Below are positions 13,703-26,900 of a DNA stretch of 64,000 nt, piece after piece. Source of the DNA: Antedon mediterranea (Eukaryota; Animalia; Echinodermata); contig NC_092670.1 in assembly GCF_964355755.1 (NCBI RefSeq), positions 11,456,795 to 11,520,794 of the forward strand. Reading direction: 5' to 3'. A program made the position numbers and the translations under genes. The notes beneath the pieces are model-generated. The model saw nothing but the letters and a program-made list of their open reading frames with translations. It had not been told where the DNA came from and ran no database searches. Position 1 is the first letter of the stretch. Every line of letters starts with the position of its first letter.

Positions 13703-15059
13703 GATTTATTATGTCAGACTATCAACCAACAGCTAGTCCTGATAATGAATGCGAACTGTGTATACTCTGGAAAAACTCAGTGTAGACTTTACTTGTGGTA
13801 GGCCTACAGGCGGCCATTAGAAATACCTACCCTGGATGTTGTTTTAAAAGGGTTTTTTTTATTCATATTTTCTTTGAATTAACCCAATTTTTTGTTCACA
13901 ATATTTATTCACAATTATTACGACAACCCCATGGGTTTGATGTATTCGTCATAATCACACCTACAGCCGAAATATTTAAGTGCAATGCTTTTAAACATAT
14001 TTAACTGTTCTTCGGGGACAACAATGTCTATGACATTTTTTTCATCTAGGCCTATAATAGGCCTTTAAGCGTCAAAAAGGTTAATATTGTCACCGTAGGG
14101 ATTATTATTGCGAATAAAGGAAATAGGGAAAACGACATATTTGCAATATTTCAAAGTAATATGACACAGACATACAATTATTTTAAACTGTAGTCTTTCT
14201 GATCAATACAGTAAATACTTTGGGAAAAAATTGATATTCATCGGTTAATAGTCTTACTATTAGTATTAATTAGATGAATATATTGATTTTTCTGAAATAT
14301 AATGGGCATATGCACTTAAAATTTATATATAAAGCAAGTAGCCTTATATGTTAGTATATCATAATGAGAATACAAAATTAAAAGATATTTCATGCAGTGG
14401 TGGTTTGCCGCTATCATAATATTATGCTTGGTTACAAAGTTTACGATGTTCGACTTCAAATGCTGACTAAAAATGCCAAGGTTGTAACAGTCCAACGTAA
14501 GAGTCATAAGCCGACTCTGGAAAGCCATAAACAGCCCCACTACCATAAACGTATGGTTCACAAGAAAATACGCGAAACACAACTAATTTAACAAATGGCA
14601 AGTAGTATATTTCGAATGACCTCGCCTGTGACAGATTACGTCCTAGTGGGAACGCAGTTTTATCATAGTCTCCTAATGTTGTTTCAGATGTGTGATAAGA
14701 AAAAATGCAAGCATCATCAAACTATAAAACCTCCATTTAAAACCATCAACAATGCGGATTATATGTCAGATGTTGCATTTTTATTATTACGATACAATTG
14801 GGAGATATACTACTGTATTATATATATTATAACAGGGTAATACATTTTCCTCTATGCACTCAGTACGGCATTATGCCTACTGTATTTATCGTGTGCATGA
14901 GAGAGATCATTTAAAAAATGTTCTACTGTAGTTACTACAATACATTTTCTTGAAATAACGTATGAATTTTAGTTTATGATGCTTACACTGCAATAAACAC
15001 TAAACAGTGTGCCATGGTTATCGCAAAAAAAAAAGCTTGCTAAATAAATGCAGATTTAA

Positions 15060-15317
15060 AGATGTATTGTTCCCTTACAAATTGAAAAATGAAGATTAAC
15101 AAAATCAGACTTTGAATATGCCATTTTATATAGTTTTAACAGTTAAATCACTTCCGTAGAAAATAAACCCGGGCTGGCAGCCTATTTCACTGCTTTCAGG
15201 TAATTTTTTTTTTTTTTCCAGTCCAATTTTTGGTCAAACTGAATAGGCCTAATAACTATTAGGTAAAATTAAAATGGGATATTCAACAACAAAAAAATTT
15301 TGGGAGACAATACATCT
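15060..15317. mobile_element. MITE family C
   Basis: ttaa|AGATGTATTGT ... ACAATACATCT|ttaa. Confidence 0.6.
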
Positions 15318-16131
15318 TTAATAGTAAATACAAAATGTAGTTACTGCAGTGTAGAATAATTAATTTCATTCATTAGATGATTTCTTTTTTTATATAGTGC
15401 CTAATTTTTTATTTTAAGATTTTGGCCCAGTACAGTAGTTGTAATAACTAATATTTTGAGCAAGACTGCATGGTTATTCATATCACATCCTCAACTAAAA
15501 TCTTTAACAAAAAATTAACCGATTTACTTTTTCAAACTGATGCTGTGCTTGAAAACAATTTGTTAAAGTTGTTGTGACCTAATATTTTTATATTTAATAT
15601 GTCTAAAGTAAGATGGCAACAACCAAAGCTGACAAAAGAGCTGGATAGTGTAATACTTAGGTTACTGTGAAAAAAATAAGTTAAACAAAATACTATAAAT
15701 AATAATAAACCGCCATGTATAGGCCCTACTATAACGATCAACGATAGGTAGGCCTAATATGCATTTTTCCAACAGAACCGTGTTTATATTCCTATAACTA
15801 CTTTAATGCTGTCTTTGATAAAAATAATATTTTCACAAGCCCAATCAGATGACGTCATGATTTATATTAAGAGCAATAATATCATGATACAACGATTTTA
15901 TTGTCTTTATTGATCATGACGTCATAATTTAATTGTACTGTATTTAAAAAAACAAATTATTTTCCTCAATGAAAACAAGGCCATATATATGGCTGCAGTC
16001 GCGTGCAACCGACCAACCGACATAGTGAGCTGTCGAGTCGTGTTTGCACTGACTAAAAAAGAAGAAAAATGGATGTTTATTTACAGTATTTTATATCGTT
16101 ATTCTTTATCGCCCGTAGTACAAAGAGAAAA

Positions 16132-19100
16132 TTATATGCTTTGTGTTGTATGTTTGTCGTGAACTATTTGTACAGGAATGTTATTCAGTACTTTATCTTT
16201 TGTATTTGCTGTAATTAGTTTACCAATGTTCTCATATATAGGCCTACCCTGCCTTAAGAATCTGTGCCCTTCCTTTCGTCGAGCAATGGCTGTTGGTTGA
16301 ACTCCAATTCTATTTCCAAACCAGTTGCGGCTACTAGATTGTTTACCAAATGATGATAAAGCAGAAATCAATTCTGAATCGGTTTTGATTTTGTGGAAAT
16401 TGGTAATAAAGGAATTTATTGGTTTATGGAAGACCTGTGGATTTTCTTTGTATTTATTCTTCAGGACAGCGACAAAGTGGTCTATGCCATTAATATTCCC
16501 CTGTATCTCTTCTTCATCTCCACTATCCTCCATTGCGTCATCTTCCATATCACTATACTCTATCACCTGAACAAAGTCTGTGTTAGTAGTAGGTTCTGTG
16601 TGTTCTTCTTTGATCTCAATACCTTCCCGTTCTCCAAAAATATCATCAATGTGGACAGTAAAACGATCTTCATCGATTTCTATTCCTTTGGTTATTTTGA
16701 AAAAAACTTCCCTAAGGCTTGGGCTGCACTTAGGGCAGATGATGCATTCCGGAAAGTGTTTGGCAACCATGTGCTGATGCTTGCAAAGAGCTCCATTCAT
16801 ACCAAAAAAACATGAACATACTCCTGCGAACAAATCGATTTCGTAAAATGTGCCAGGTGTCTTCTCTGAAGGAATATGAAAGTGGTATTGGCTCAACTGC
16901 ACGATATCTTCTTTCTCCAGATGCCAATGTTGTAAAAGTTGATATCTGTTAGAAATTGATGTGCATTTATTGTATGCTACTTCCAGAAGTCTCTGTTCAT
17001 AGTACGCCTGCAGCCGTGTACATAAAAAATCAACAAGTTGCACAATATTGAAAGACTTTGTTCGCAAGTACACATCATCTTTCTGCATTCTCGTGGTTAA
17101 CTCGTAGTAACTGGTTTCATGTTCTCCTATTGGCAGTTCATCTCGTATGAAGACGGCCCACAGATGTTTGCGCAAAAAAATATGTTTGATAAGCAACACA
17201 TAGCAAGGATACTTACAAGCAATGTCATCAGTCAAAATATTGCTGTAGTTTTGTTCGAGTTCTTCATATGACTTAGCATACAGCATATCCTTCAGTAATC
17301 TCTGAAGGTGTGGACGATCCTCTTTGGATATTTTATGCTTTTCATCCAAAAGAGATCTCCACATTTCTTGCAAAATGTGGAAGACGGAGAGTAACTGGTG
17401 AGAATCAGGAAAAACATTTTGTAATGCATTTTGGTCAGCTTGCGAATCATCACTCATAAATACGTCTGGTCCATTTTCACTTTTTCCAAAAAAAGCATCT
17501 TGTGGAAATACAGACGTCAGTAGCTGCAAGCCGGCAGTTAATACATCTTCAGCTTCAGATGTTGTCACAAGAACTCCAAGAGGTACACCACCTGCGCTAC
17601 TATGCGCTAACATTACATACACTCGACACCCATGGTGATTCATACCTCCTAAAGAATCAAGAAAAACCAATTCACCACTTGGTTGATAACAGCGGTGTAC
17701 TCGTTTCATTAAAGTGGTGCACAATGCTACACATATATTTCCTCCGCTCACTTCTTCCTCCATTGTACAAATAACCTCCTCTGTATTGTAAACTTCTATA
17801 TTCCTCTTCAAATCAACCAAAATTGATTCACAATCTGGCTTTACATAATGATGTTGGAACGTTTTGTTGTAAAACCTATCAAAATAAAACAGTTAAAAAC
17901 TATATGTCTTTCTTCAACATCATATTAATTCATTCTACGATCAAGGCAAAAAATATTACATTTAATCCAAAAATCAGTTAAAAAAAAGAAATCTGACCGA
18001 CCAAGTTTTCCAATTTATTGTGTGTTTGGGCAACATAACAATTTTGTAAAGAATATTAAATATTAAAACTAAAAAATGACCTATTCAAAGTATGATTTGA
18101 TTAATCTTTATTTTTTAATTTTCTATTTGGGGGACAATACAGGTTTTAGGTTTTTGCACCTCAGCAAAAGCAGGGCCTAAATGACTTACCTATAGCACCA
18201 CTGAGTGTCTGGAGATTGAGATCGGTCGCCAGACACAAGCAAATAGTCATCACCATGCTCTTCTTGCATGTCAAACTTATGAGCTATCATTGCCGTCGAA
18301 GGTGAATGACCTGATTCGTACAAAACTTTAAATTTCTCAATAACAAATGGCGAAACATCTCTGTGCTTTAAAATATCAGCAGAGTTTACAAGATGGTTAT
18401 GCGTATAATTTAGTCGCACAATCATTGGCATGCTGTTAGAATGAATGTCACTTGACCTTTAAAAAAAACATGTTTTAATTAAAACAATGTTGTTGTTGTT
18501 GATACTTTACAACCATATATTTGCTCTCTGCATGACATTATCTTTGTTTTATTACTGTACCTGCTTTTTCTATTTGATATAATTTTCTTCACTGTTATGG
18601 CCACAGTTGCTGGACATTTGGTGTTTTTTGATCCAGCTCTCTGGTCAGCAGTGGATGTCCTTGGTAGGGTATTATGTTGACATCTTAGATCCAATGTGTA
18701 AACAACCTTTGTACTTTTCTTTGGTATATGTTTACGGGATATTCTGTAAGTATCTTTAGAAGTATCTTGAAATGCTTGCAACCACGTGTTTGCTTCTACT
18801 TCCGTTGTTAAATTCAATCTTAAAACAGATTTGAATTTTCCATTTAGCTCCGGCACCTCTTCAAATTCACAAATGGTATGCGAGTATTCCGATGGAAGAA
18901 TGTTCTGTAAAATTAAACAGGTGATGTAGTCAATTATAATAAGAATATTAATATCTCCAGTCAGTATCAACTTTTGTCTTCTAACCAGTGTTACCACTTG
19001 AAAATATTTAGCGCCCCCTATAGTGAACAAAAATATCTTGGGATTACACTCTTGTCTCCCTGAAAAAAAAATTAAATGTAGTTTCAAGTTGATTGCAATT

Positions 19101-19529
19101 TTAATGTCACATAATAGATATTAACTTTGACCAAAAACAAAAATTGGATCAAAAAAATAAATTATTTACCAGAAAACACTGAAAAAAAAAGTAAAATTTA
19201 CCCATCTGTTAGACAATTTTGGTTTTAAACGTGGTCCATATTTTGCCCTTATCTACATATACCTCCATGATCTGGGCATGGAGGTATCTACACGTTTTAG
19301 AGAAAAGAAACAATTTAGCGCCCTCTGTAGTTCTGTCTTAACACGTCGGAAAAGAAAAATAATGATGCAGCCAGCCTATTTTTAGGCAGTCTTTCATTTA
19401 GGTTGTTCTTTGCAGGAAGACGATAAACAACGTCTACCGTCACTCCAAATGAATATGAAATAGTTAATTGTTTACCTGAAGTAGCTGAATATCACTATTT
19501 GGGTTATGAAATTGGCAAATCTCTATCAT
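16132..19529 (-). CDS. MULE (Mutator) transposase-derived SWIM zinc-finger protein (4 exons)
   Basis: Exons 19529-19476, 18904-18561, 18456-18190, 17875-16132 join in frame at GT-AG sites. WRKY/FAR1-like C..C..HNH in the N-terminal part; MULE domain (LVFLDS, GVPLGVLVT, FMSDDS, S-V-F-H, YYE); SWIM CSC..LCKH. Confidence 0.8.
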
Positions 19530-19620
19530 TTTTGCGCTAAGTCTGTATACACAACAACACTTCAAGCGCCCGCGGATGAAAAGATTTAGCGCCCTCTATA
19601 ATTGATGTAACACTACTTTA

Positions 19621-19782
19621 AGGGTGATTCCCACTCTTGCGACGCAACACAAGGACGCAACGTAAGTGAATTGACCAATCACAAGCGATGGCTTATTCGC
19701 GTGTGATTGTTAACTGTGTATTAGCTTGTCATTGGTTAAAACGCTTCTTGCGTTGCGTTTACGTTCTAGTGGGAACCAAGCT
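19621..19782. mobile_element. MITE family A (between the SWIM gene and Pumilio)
   Basis: Same internal sequence and termini as 6573-6751 and 33892-34070. Confidence 0.65.
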
Positions 19783-20510
19783 ACTGATGATGTCAGCGGC
19801 AGTTTACCCGTTTGTGGCACTTAAGTCCCGAATTAAAGATGTAATTGTCTCCCAAAAACATGAAAAATTAAGAATAAAATCAGACTTTAAATAGGTCATT
19901 TTGCAGTTTAAATAAATGTATTCACTTCTGTAAAAAAAAGACAAACTAAACGGTAACATTAATTTTAGACAGACAATTTAAATATTTTTTTTGCTTTAAA
20001 TGGCATTTTTTTCGAATCAGTTTGGGTAAAAAGTGAATAACTATTACGTGACATTAAAATGGCAGCATTCGACAACAAATGTAGGCCTAGGGGGACAACA
20101 TATCCAAACGTAGTATTAGCTACGACCATATCTAAAAGTATTCTTGGATCCTGTAATATTTGATCACTCTGGCCATTACCATTGGAATCTGGCTTTAGTT
20201 TTATCAGATGGTGGTTAGTGAAATAAATAGAGAATACACTTTTTTGCAATGTAGTAAAAAAAAATGTTGAAAATTGCAATACGGGATGACATGCAAAGAT
20301 GTTCCATGATTTTTAACGTGCATGGTAGCGCGTATGCAAAGGGCGTAGCTAGCTAGCTACACCTCTAGCAGTATAGGCAAAAATGAACCAGAATACTTTC
20401 TTTAATTTAAAAACAATAACTCATTTCAGTTCATTATCTAATATTCTATGAAATAAAAGCGATTGCTAACAATGCTAAGTAGCTCTGTGTGTGAGAACAA
20501 AAGAACTTTC

Positions 20511-20566
20511 TGACTCAGCTCATGGATAGAAATGACGTCATCCTTTATAAACGCACATGCTATATA
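20511..20566 (+). promoter_or_regulatory. Putative Pumilio core promoter: AP-1 site, CRE and TATA-like boxes
   Basis: TGACTCA 20511-20517, TGACGTCA 20533-20540, TATAAA 20546-20551; followed by a candidate non-coding first exon ending at donor gtaagt 20651 and an acceptor at 20940. Confidence 0.45.
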
Positions 20567-20991
20567 TCCCAGAATCCATCATTTTCAAAATGTCGGGATG
20601 TTTGAGTTAGAATAAAGATAAACTGTTGTAAATAATCCAGTTTCATCCCCGTAAGTTAAAATGTTTTTTGAATTGTTGTAACAAAATAAAGTGAATAATA
20701 GTTTTAGGCGATTTATGAAGTAAATTTACATGAAATTAAATGTTTGATAGGTGTGTTTTTAATAACTAATTTGGTGGAACGATAGATCACACTCCGTGAT
20801 TTTCATTGTTTACCCACTTGCCACACAGTCGTATTATTTGTGCTCAGTTCAGTAAAATATAGGATAGTCAGAACGCAATTTAATTCCATGTTATGTAACC
20901 AGTAAATATTGTTTTAAATATATATTTAATTTGTTTTTAGATCGTGGAATGATATTTGTAAATAGTTGTAAAGTTAGTTTGTAAAAAAATC

Positions 20992-23900
20992 ATGACTGAG
21001 GTAGCTTGGGACGATTCTCGTATTGGACAGCAAGGAGGCCCTGGTGGTGTACAGAAAGGCCCCCGATCACAGCATCCAGCCCTCCAACAGGGGTCTAGAG
21101 ACGATGCCACTATCGCTTATTTTCATCAACGGCAGCCTGGTGAAGCAGTTGACCCTGGACAGTATGAAAAACAACGATGGGCTAATGCTGATAGAGATGA
21201 TAGCATCATTGAACAGGCAAGTACAGTTTAATTTATGTGTTAGTTAGGCCCATCTTCTCCACTTGCGTACGGAAAGTACTAGACTAGCTCACTCAGTAGT
21301 AGCCCTAATTATTAACATTATAAAGGTACGGTGGATTTTATTTTAGATTTGGTATTTACGCTTGTTTCAAAAGTAAATAAATCATCTTGTTTATGAAAAA
21401 TCCAAAGAAATTACTCACATTCTTTAGCTTTTGCCATCTTGGGCCTTGGCTGATGGCTTGATCACTATTATCTACAATCCTACAAAATGCACTTGTTTAC
21501 GGTTGTTTCAAAAGTGTCTGTTCAGTTTGATATAAAAACATAATTCAATCATTAAATATAATTGAAGTCATATGTTGGGCCAAATGGCATAATCCGAATT
21601 TTTAACAGCAGTATACTGTATTTAGGCCTAGTACATCCAATTATTAAGGCTAACAACAATCATCGTTCAGATTATGAAATTATATTTTATAGCCTACTGT
21701 ATTTAATTACTAAAATGATTGAAATGTAATATATTGTTTGAAGGTTTGCATGGCGAAATCAAATGTTGATATAAAGTTTGCGATACACCACGTATGTATA
21801 TTAGAACTTCTGAAAAGAACTGTTGAGTTTCGATCAATATGCTTAGATCGTCCTCAGGAGTGTGGACGATCAAAGCATATTGATCGAAACGTCGAGAAAC
21901 TCAACAGTTCTTTTCAGAACTAATCAGGGAATAATTTCGCCAGTGTAGCATATAGCAAAAAGCTATACAAAACAACCTTTTTGCTACACATTTCTACAAT
22001 TGTGTAGCAAAAAATACAATACAAAACTATGTTTCTTGACTAAAAAATCAGTTTGATTATCAATTTTGCTAAACAAAATTTTCAAATGAAATTTTTCCTT
22101 GCTAATAGATGTGGTGTACCGCAAACTTTATATCAACGATTGAAATGCAATTGGAATAATTTAATAAAAACTACAACCAGTCAAAAATTACACGTACAGT
22201 GTTTCCACAACTATTTGTTTAATATGTTTTCTATGTAATTCAAAACTTTCAATACAGGGAAATCAAATTGAACTTTAAGTCTAAACAGTTTTGTATTGAA
22301 TGTTTTGCATACAATTTTGTAAATATGTGGAAGTAGTTTTGTATAGGTTTTTGGAATTCTTTGCTTGTTGTAATTTGGTTAGTTTCTAATACATGTTTTC
22401 TTTGTATATTTTACAGACCAGGGCGGCTGAAATTGCTCGGATGACAAACCAGTTCAACGCATTGCACTTGGAAGGTGATCGGAGATTAAGAATCAATGAA
22501 GAGGTAAGGACTGTTAGTAAGTCAATGGTCAGGTCTTTCAATCAGTAAATTGGAAAAAAAAACTAACATTCGAATAGTTGTATTCGTACATAAACAATAA
22601 TGATACAAAAAGAAATTATGATGGGTTGGGATGCTCTGTGTAAATGTAATGGACTGCCTGATGGGCAGTTAGGGGTGTTTCACACAACAATAATTTTTCA
22701 TCCACTTGGTGGGAAAAGAGCTAATTGGTTTGTCCAGGTAAGTGACACTCATTGACACTACCAATACCATTTCTGGTTAGTGCAAAAGGTTCAGAGACAC
22801 TTGAGAACTAATTGTTTATAGCTCATGTTCAAATTAATTTCATAATACATTGAATTTGAAATACCTGTGATTGTAGATTCTTAAAATTCTGTTGGTTTTC
22901 CATTCAGTTTGGTGCAAAGAAGTTCTGGGATCAAGGAGATGAGCAGAAAGCTGATGGCAGCCTGTTCTTAGGTGGCAACCAGTGGCCAGCTAGTAGTTGG
23001 GGAGGTGTTTCAATGCCTCAACAAAGTGGCACTGGTATGTATAGTAAATATATATAATTATTTATATAATAATGATAAATATATATGGAGTTAATTTTAT
23101 TTATACTTTTAGATATAAACATCAATATCCTTCTTTGTCGGTAGACACAGCACTTTCTACTATTTTGTGCCATTTATCCCTGGGTGTGTCTCAGGTTGTC
23201 CTGTGTAATTTAATACAGTTTTCAAATCATCCTGTACCATTTTTTTTCCATATTTTCTTCGTTCTTCCAACGGGTCTAGATGCTTTCTTGTTATAGAAAA
23301 TTATCAATATATTCTGTCTAATCTAATTGGAACCAAAGCGCAGAATTGGTTTTCAGTGGATTTTGAGGAAAATTCACTAGTTTCAATTATTACTTGTCTT
23401 CTATATATAATTTTTCTTATAAATGTTTATTATCATCATCATAAAATTGATTTCCTAAAATCTTTCTCTTATTGCTTGCAATGTTGATATTTAAAGCTCT
23501 GTCTATACTAGTTTTACAAAAAAAGTTTGGTGTGCCTACATATGGTACTGATATGCTTAAATATGGAACTGATATGCTTAAATATAGTAGTGATATGCTT
23601 AAATATGGTAGTGATATGCTTAAATATGGTAGTGATATCATATGACATCAGCATGTCCATATATGGGCATATAGATAGTGGCAGAGCTTTACATAGTTTA
23701 CTCTTGAATCTTCAGATCATTCTGTATCGCAACCGATTATGGTACAAAGAAGAGGATTGTCTCCAGGGTCTTATCAGGGCCAAGAGAATGCTGTGTTGTC
23801 GCCTCGATCTGAAACGAGTGGCCTCGGAGTTAGTATGGCTGAGTACGTACTTGGCAGTTCACCAGCCACCATGGGCAAGGATATGGATGCCAATAAACTT

Positions 23901-26900
23901 GGCAGAATGAAAGCGGGAGGAGCGAGATTCGTAAGTACAAATCAACTCTCCAAAAGTACACTTGGGATTTCCCAAATTGTCCTAGGCTCTCCCAAACTCT
24001 CTGTGGGCTCTCTAATCTGTCGGATTTTCCAGGCAATGACTGTTTAAAAACATGGCTTATTTTTAATGGTGATTACATTCTGTTGATTATAAATTGGACC
24101 TTCCTACCCTACCAAATTATTGCAAGTGATAATAATGATAACTGATTTTTTATGTAAAGCTCTGTCTACACTATCGAACTTTATGTGACAAAAGAATGTG
24201 ATGTGGCCATATATGGACATGATAACTACCATACTTGGGCATATCACTACCATATTTGGGCATATCACTACCATATACGGGCACATCACACTTTTTTTAG
24301 TTTGATAGTGTAGACAGAGCTTTAGGGCAGTTAACTTAATACTTTGAAATAACTTTTTGTAATCTACTTAAATAAGCACTAACATTCTACAGCTTTTATC
24401 AACCTTATTAATAAAAATATGCAAGTACTGCATTAAGTAAAGCTTGAAACTTATTGAGTGTGGATGTACATATAAAATAGGCTAATTCACTTGTTTGATT
24501 TTCTTTATTATATATGAAGAGTTTCAACCTTGTATCCTTTTAACCTAATAATATATAGTCAATGTCTTTAAATAACAGTAACTATATATAACTGTACTGT
24601 AGCTTGTATAGGTGCTTAAGTTTTATTCGTTGACCTTTCACATGTCATTGGATTAATTGTGCCAAACAAAAGAACCAATGACATTCATTGTTCAGAATAT
24701 GTAAATTCGGATTGTACTATTCAATTGTTTTTATTGTTGGCTTTTTGCATCTAGCTTTCAAAACTGACTTTTTAATTCTCTAGAAATGTTTTGTCTTAAA
24801 TTAATTTTATTAGAAGACAAAATGGAATAGGTATCCATGAAAGAGTTCTACGCTACTTGTTTTGAAATTAAATAGATTGAGTAATAAATCTTAGAAATAT
24901 TTGCACAATATACAGGCTGTGCTAATTGATTAAAAAAGTGCATGTCTGTACTGTGTAATTAATAAAATGTTGATCTTGCAATTTGAAATGTCAAGGTAGT
25001 ATAGGGTATATTTTTTAATTCATAAGTTGGGTTCATATCGAACTTAGGGCGAGATAAGTACTGATGTAGTTAAATTTTACGAGAGCGGTAATTCGATTAA
25101 ATTCATTAAATTGCGTTCGACGGCTCATGTTAGGGCGAGATAACTTAAGCATCACGTGCTCGCGACCCCGCCGACACGAACAGGAAGTACAGTTGAACAG
25201 GTTAGGGCACTTTATTGTGGGCTATTCCTTGTGTGTATACGCACCCATTCTACCACCTTCTTTTTCGAGTACTGCTTAACGATCCGTCGACACAATGCTT
25301 CCTCAGTTATTATTATTATCGGGGTTTTTACCTATATTTTTACAAATGATTAATGACGACACTGAACTAGATGAAGGTACTGCTTTGCTGCTGTTTGCGT
25401 TAGTTGAGTTCGTTTCTAGCTGCATGGAATCCCAACGAATGATGCGACAACAACGACGGCTCAGATACCTACGATATGCCAAGGAACAGCGCGAACTTGG
25501 GGAGATCATGTTTCTTTTACATACAAGCCTAGATGTAACATTTTTTGTCTTCGCTTTTACTTTTTCGGACATGATGAATGCGGTACTGATGTATTAAAAT
25601 AAGTTTTAAAATAGTAATATGACAGATCGTCGCTCTCGGTTAACATGTGGTTCAGAAATAAAGCTAATTTGTTGATGTTTATATGTCAAAAAAGTTGAAA
25701 TTTGCTTTAATCTGATTGGTGTATTGGTGACCTCCAATTCTGAATGCCTCATGCTGTGTTAATTACCTTAATCGTTTTCTAGCTTTACCAGTGGATTTAC
25801 TATTCCGTCGAGGCGATGGCCTTGACTGACCGTAGTCGAGGAAATTCCTTCATCTCGCCCTAATAATTCGTTCACGTCGAAGTTATGGCGACATCATCAT
25901 GTTAATCTAATAAATTTATCTCGCCCTAAGTTCGATATGAACGGGCCTATAGAGGCTAAACCTTCCAGCTGGACAAAATAATTGTTGTTATTCTTCAGGG
26001 GCCCTCTCAAATTCAACATTTCAGGGGTTCTCTTAAATGTGCCTCTTGTACATGTATCAAAGGTACCTACAACTATATTTTATTTATTCATTACTAATAC
26101 ATTTATTCCTTGTTTGAATTTAAAATATATATTTTTTTAAATTAAAATGATTTTGTTATTCAGTTTGCATTGCCATTTGAGGGTCTGTTGAAATTCATAT
26201 TTTTTTCCGAAGAAATAAATTTAGAATAAAATTAATATTAATTAATTTTTTGTAGACCGCATTATTAACCTGAAATCTGTTTTATTTAATTTCACAGCCA
26301 GTTGCCAATCAGACCCAGGAACCAACCCAAAATGAGACCAATGACCAAGCTAATGCAAAGGGTAGTAAAACTCCTTCTCCCTTTGATGAAAGCAAAGAAC
26401 TGAACCAGGTTGACAACCAGAATGAAGTCCCTCAAACTACCACTCAACCGCAACAAGAGTGAGTTATATGTTGTTATATATTTTAAAAGTGTATGTAGAA
26501 AAGTGTGAGTGAAACAGATCAATCCCTTGAATTTGCTGGTACCTACCCATTTAAACCACTATTGCTTCAAATCTGTGTTGAAAAGGTCTTCTTTTTTTTC
26601 AAAATTCTGTCTTTTCGAATGAAAACATCATGCACAGATCTGAAAGTTCATGGTGGACTCAAATGGAAGGTAAAACAGAGGGGCAATATGGGTGTCGGGG
26701 GTGAGTGCTCTTCTGATTTGCTAGGGTTTGGTTATGTAAATTTTGGCAGGAGTGTTCAGTTACGTTGAAGGAACAAATGAACTAAGTCCTAAGGTAAATT
26801 CAAGAGGAAGCCACCAGATTTGTTTTAGTGTAAGATATTATATTAAGCTCTGTCTACACTTCAAAATTGTGTGATGTGCCCAAATATGGTAGTGATATGA

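Noticed and set aside
23417-24289. ORFs with ISLPYLS / MVVICLN repeats
   Set aside because: They are translations of the 21-bp repeat in MITE family B.
26638-26669. Possible extra Pumilio mini-exon
   Set aside because: Exons 26298-26458 and 27016-27277 already join in frame, and the 32-nt segment would shift frame.
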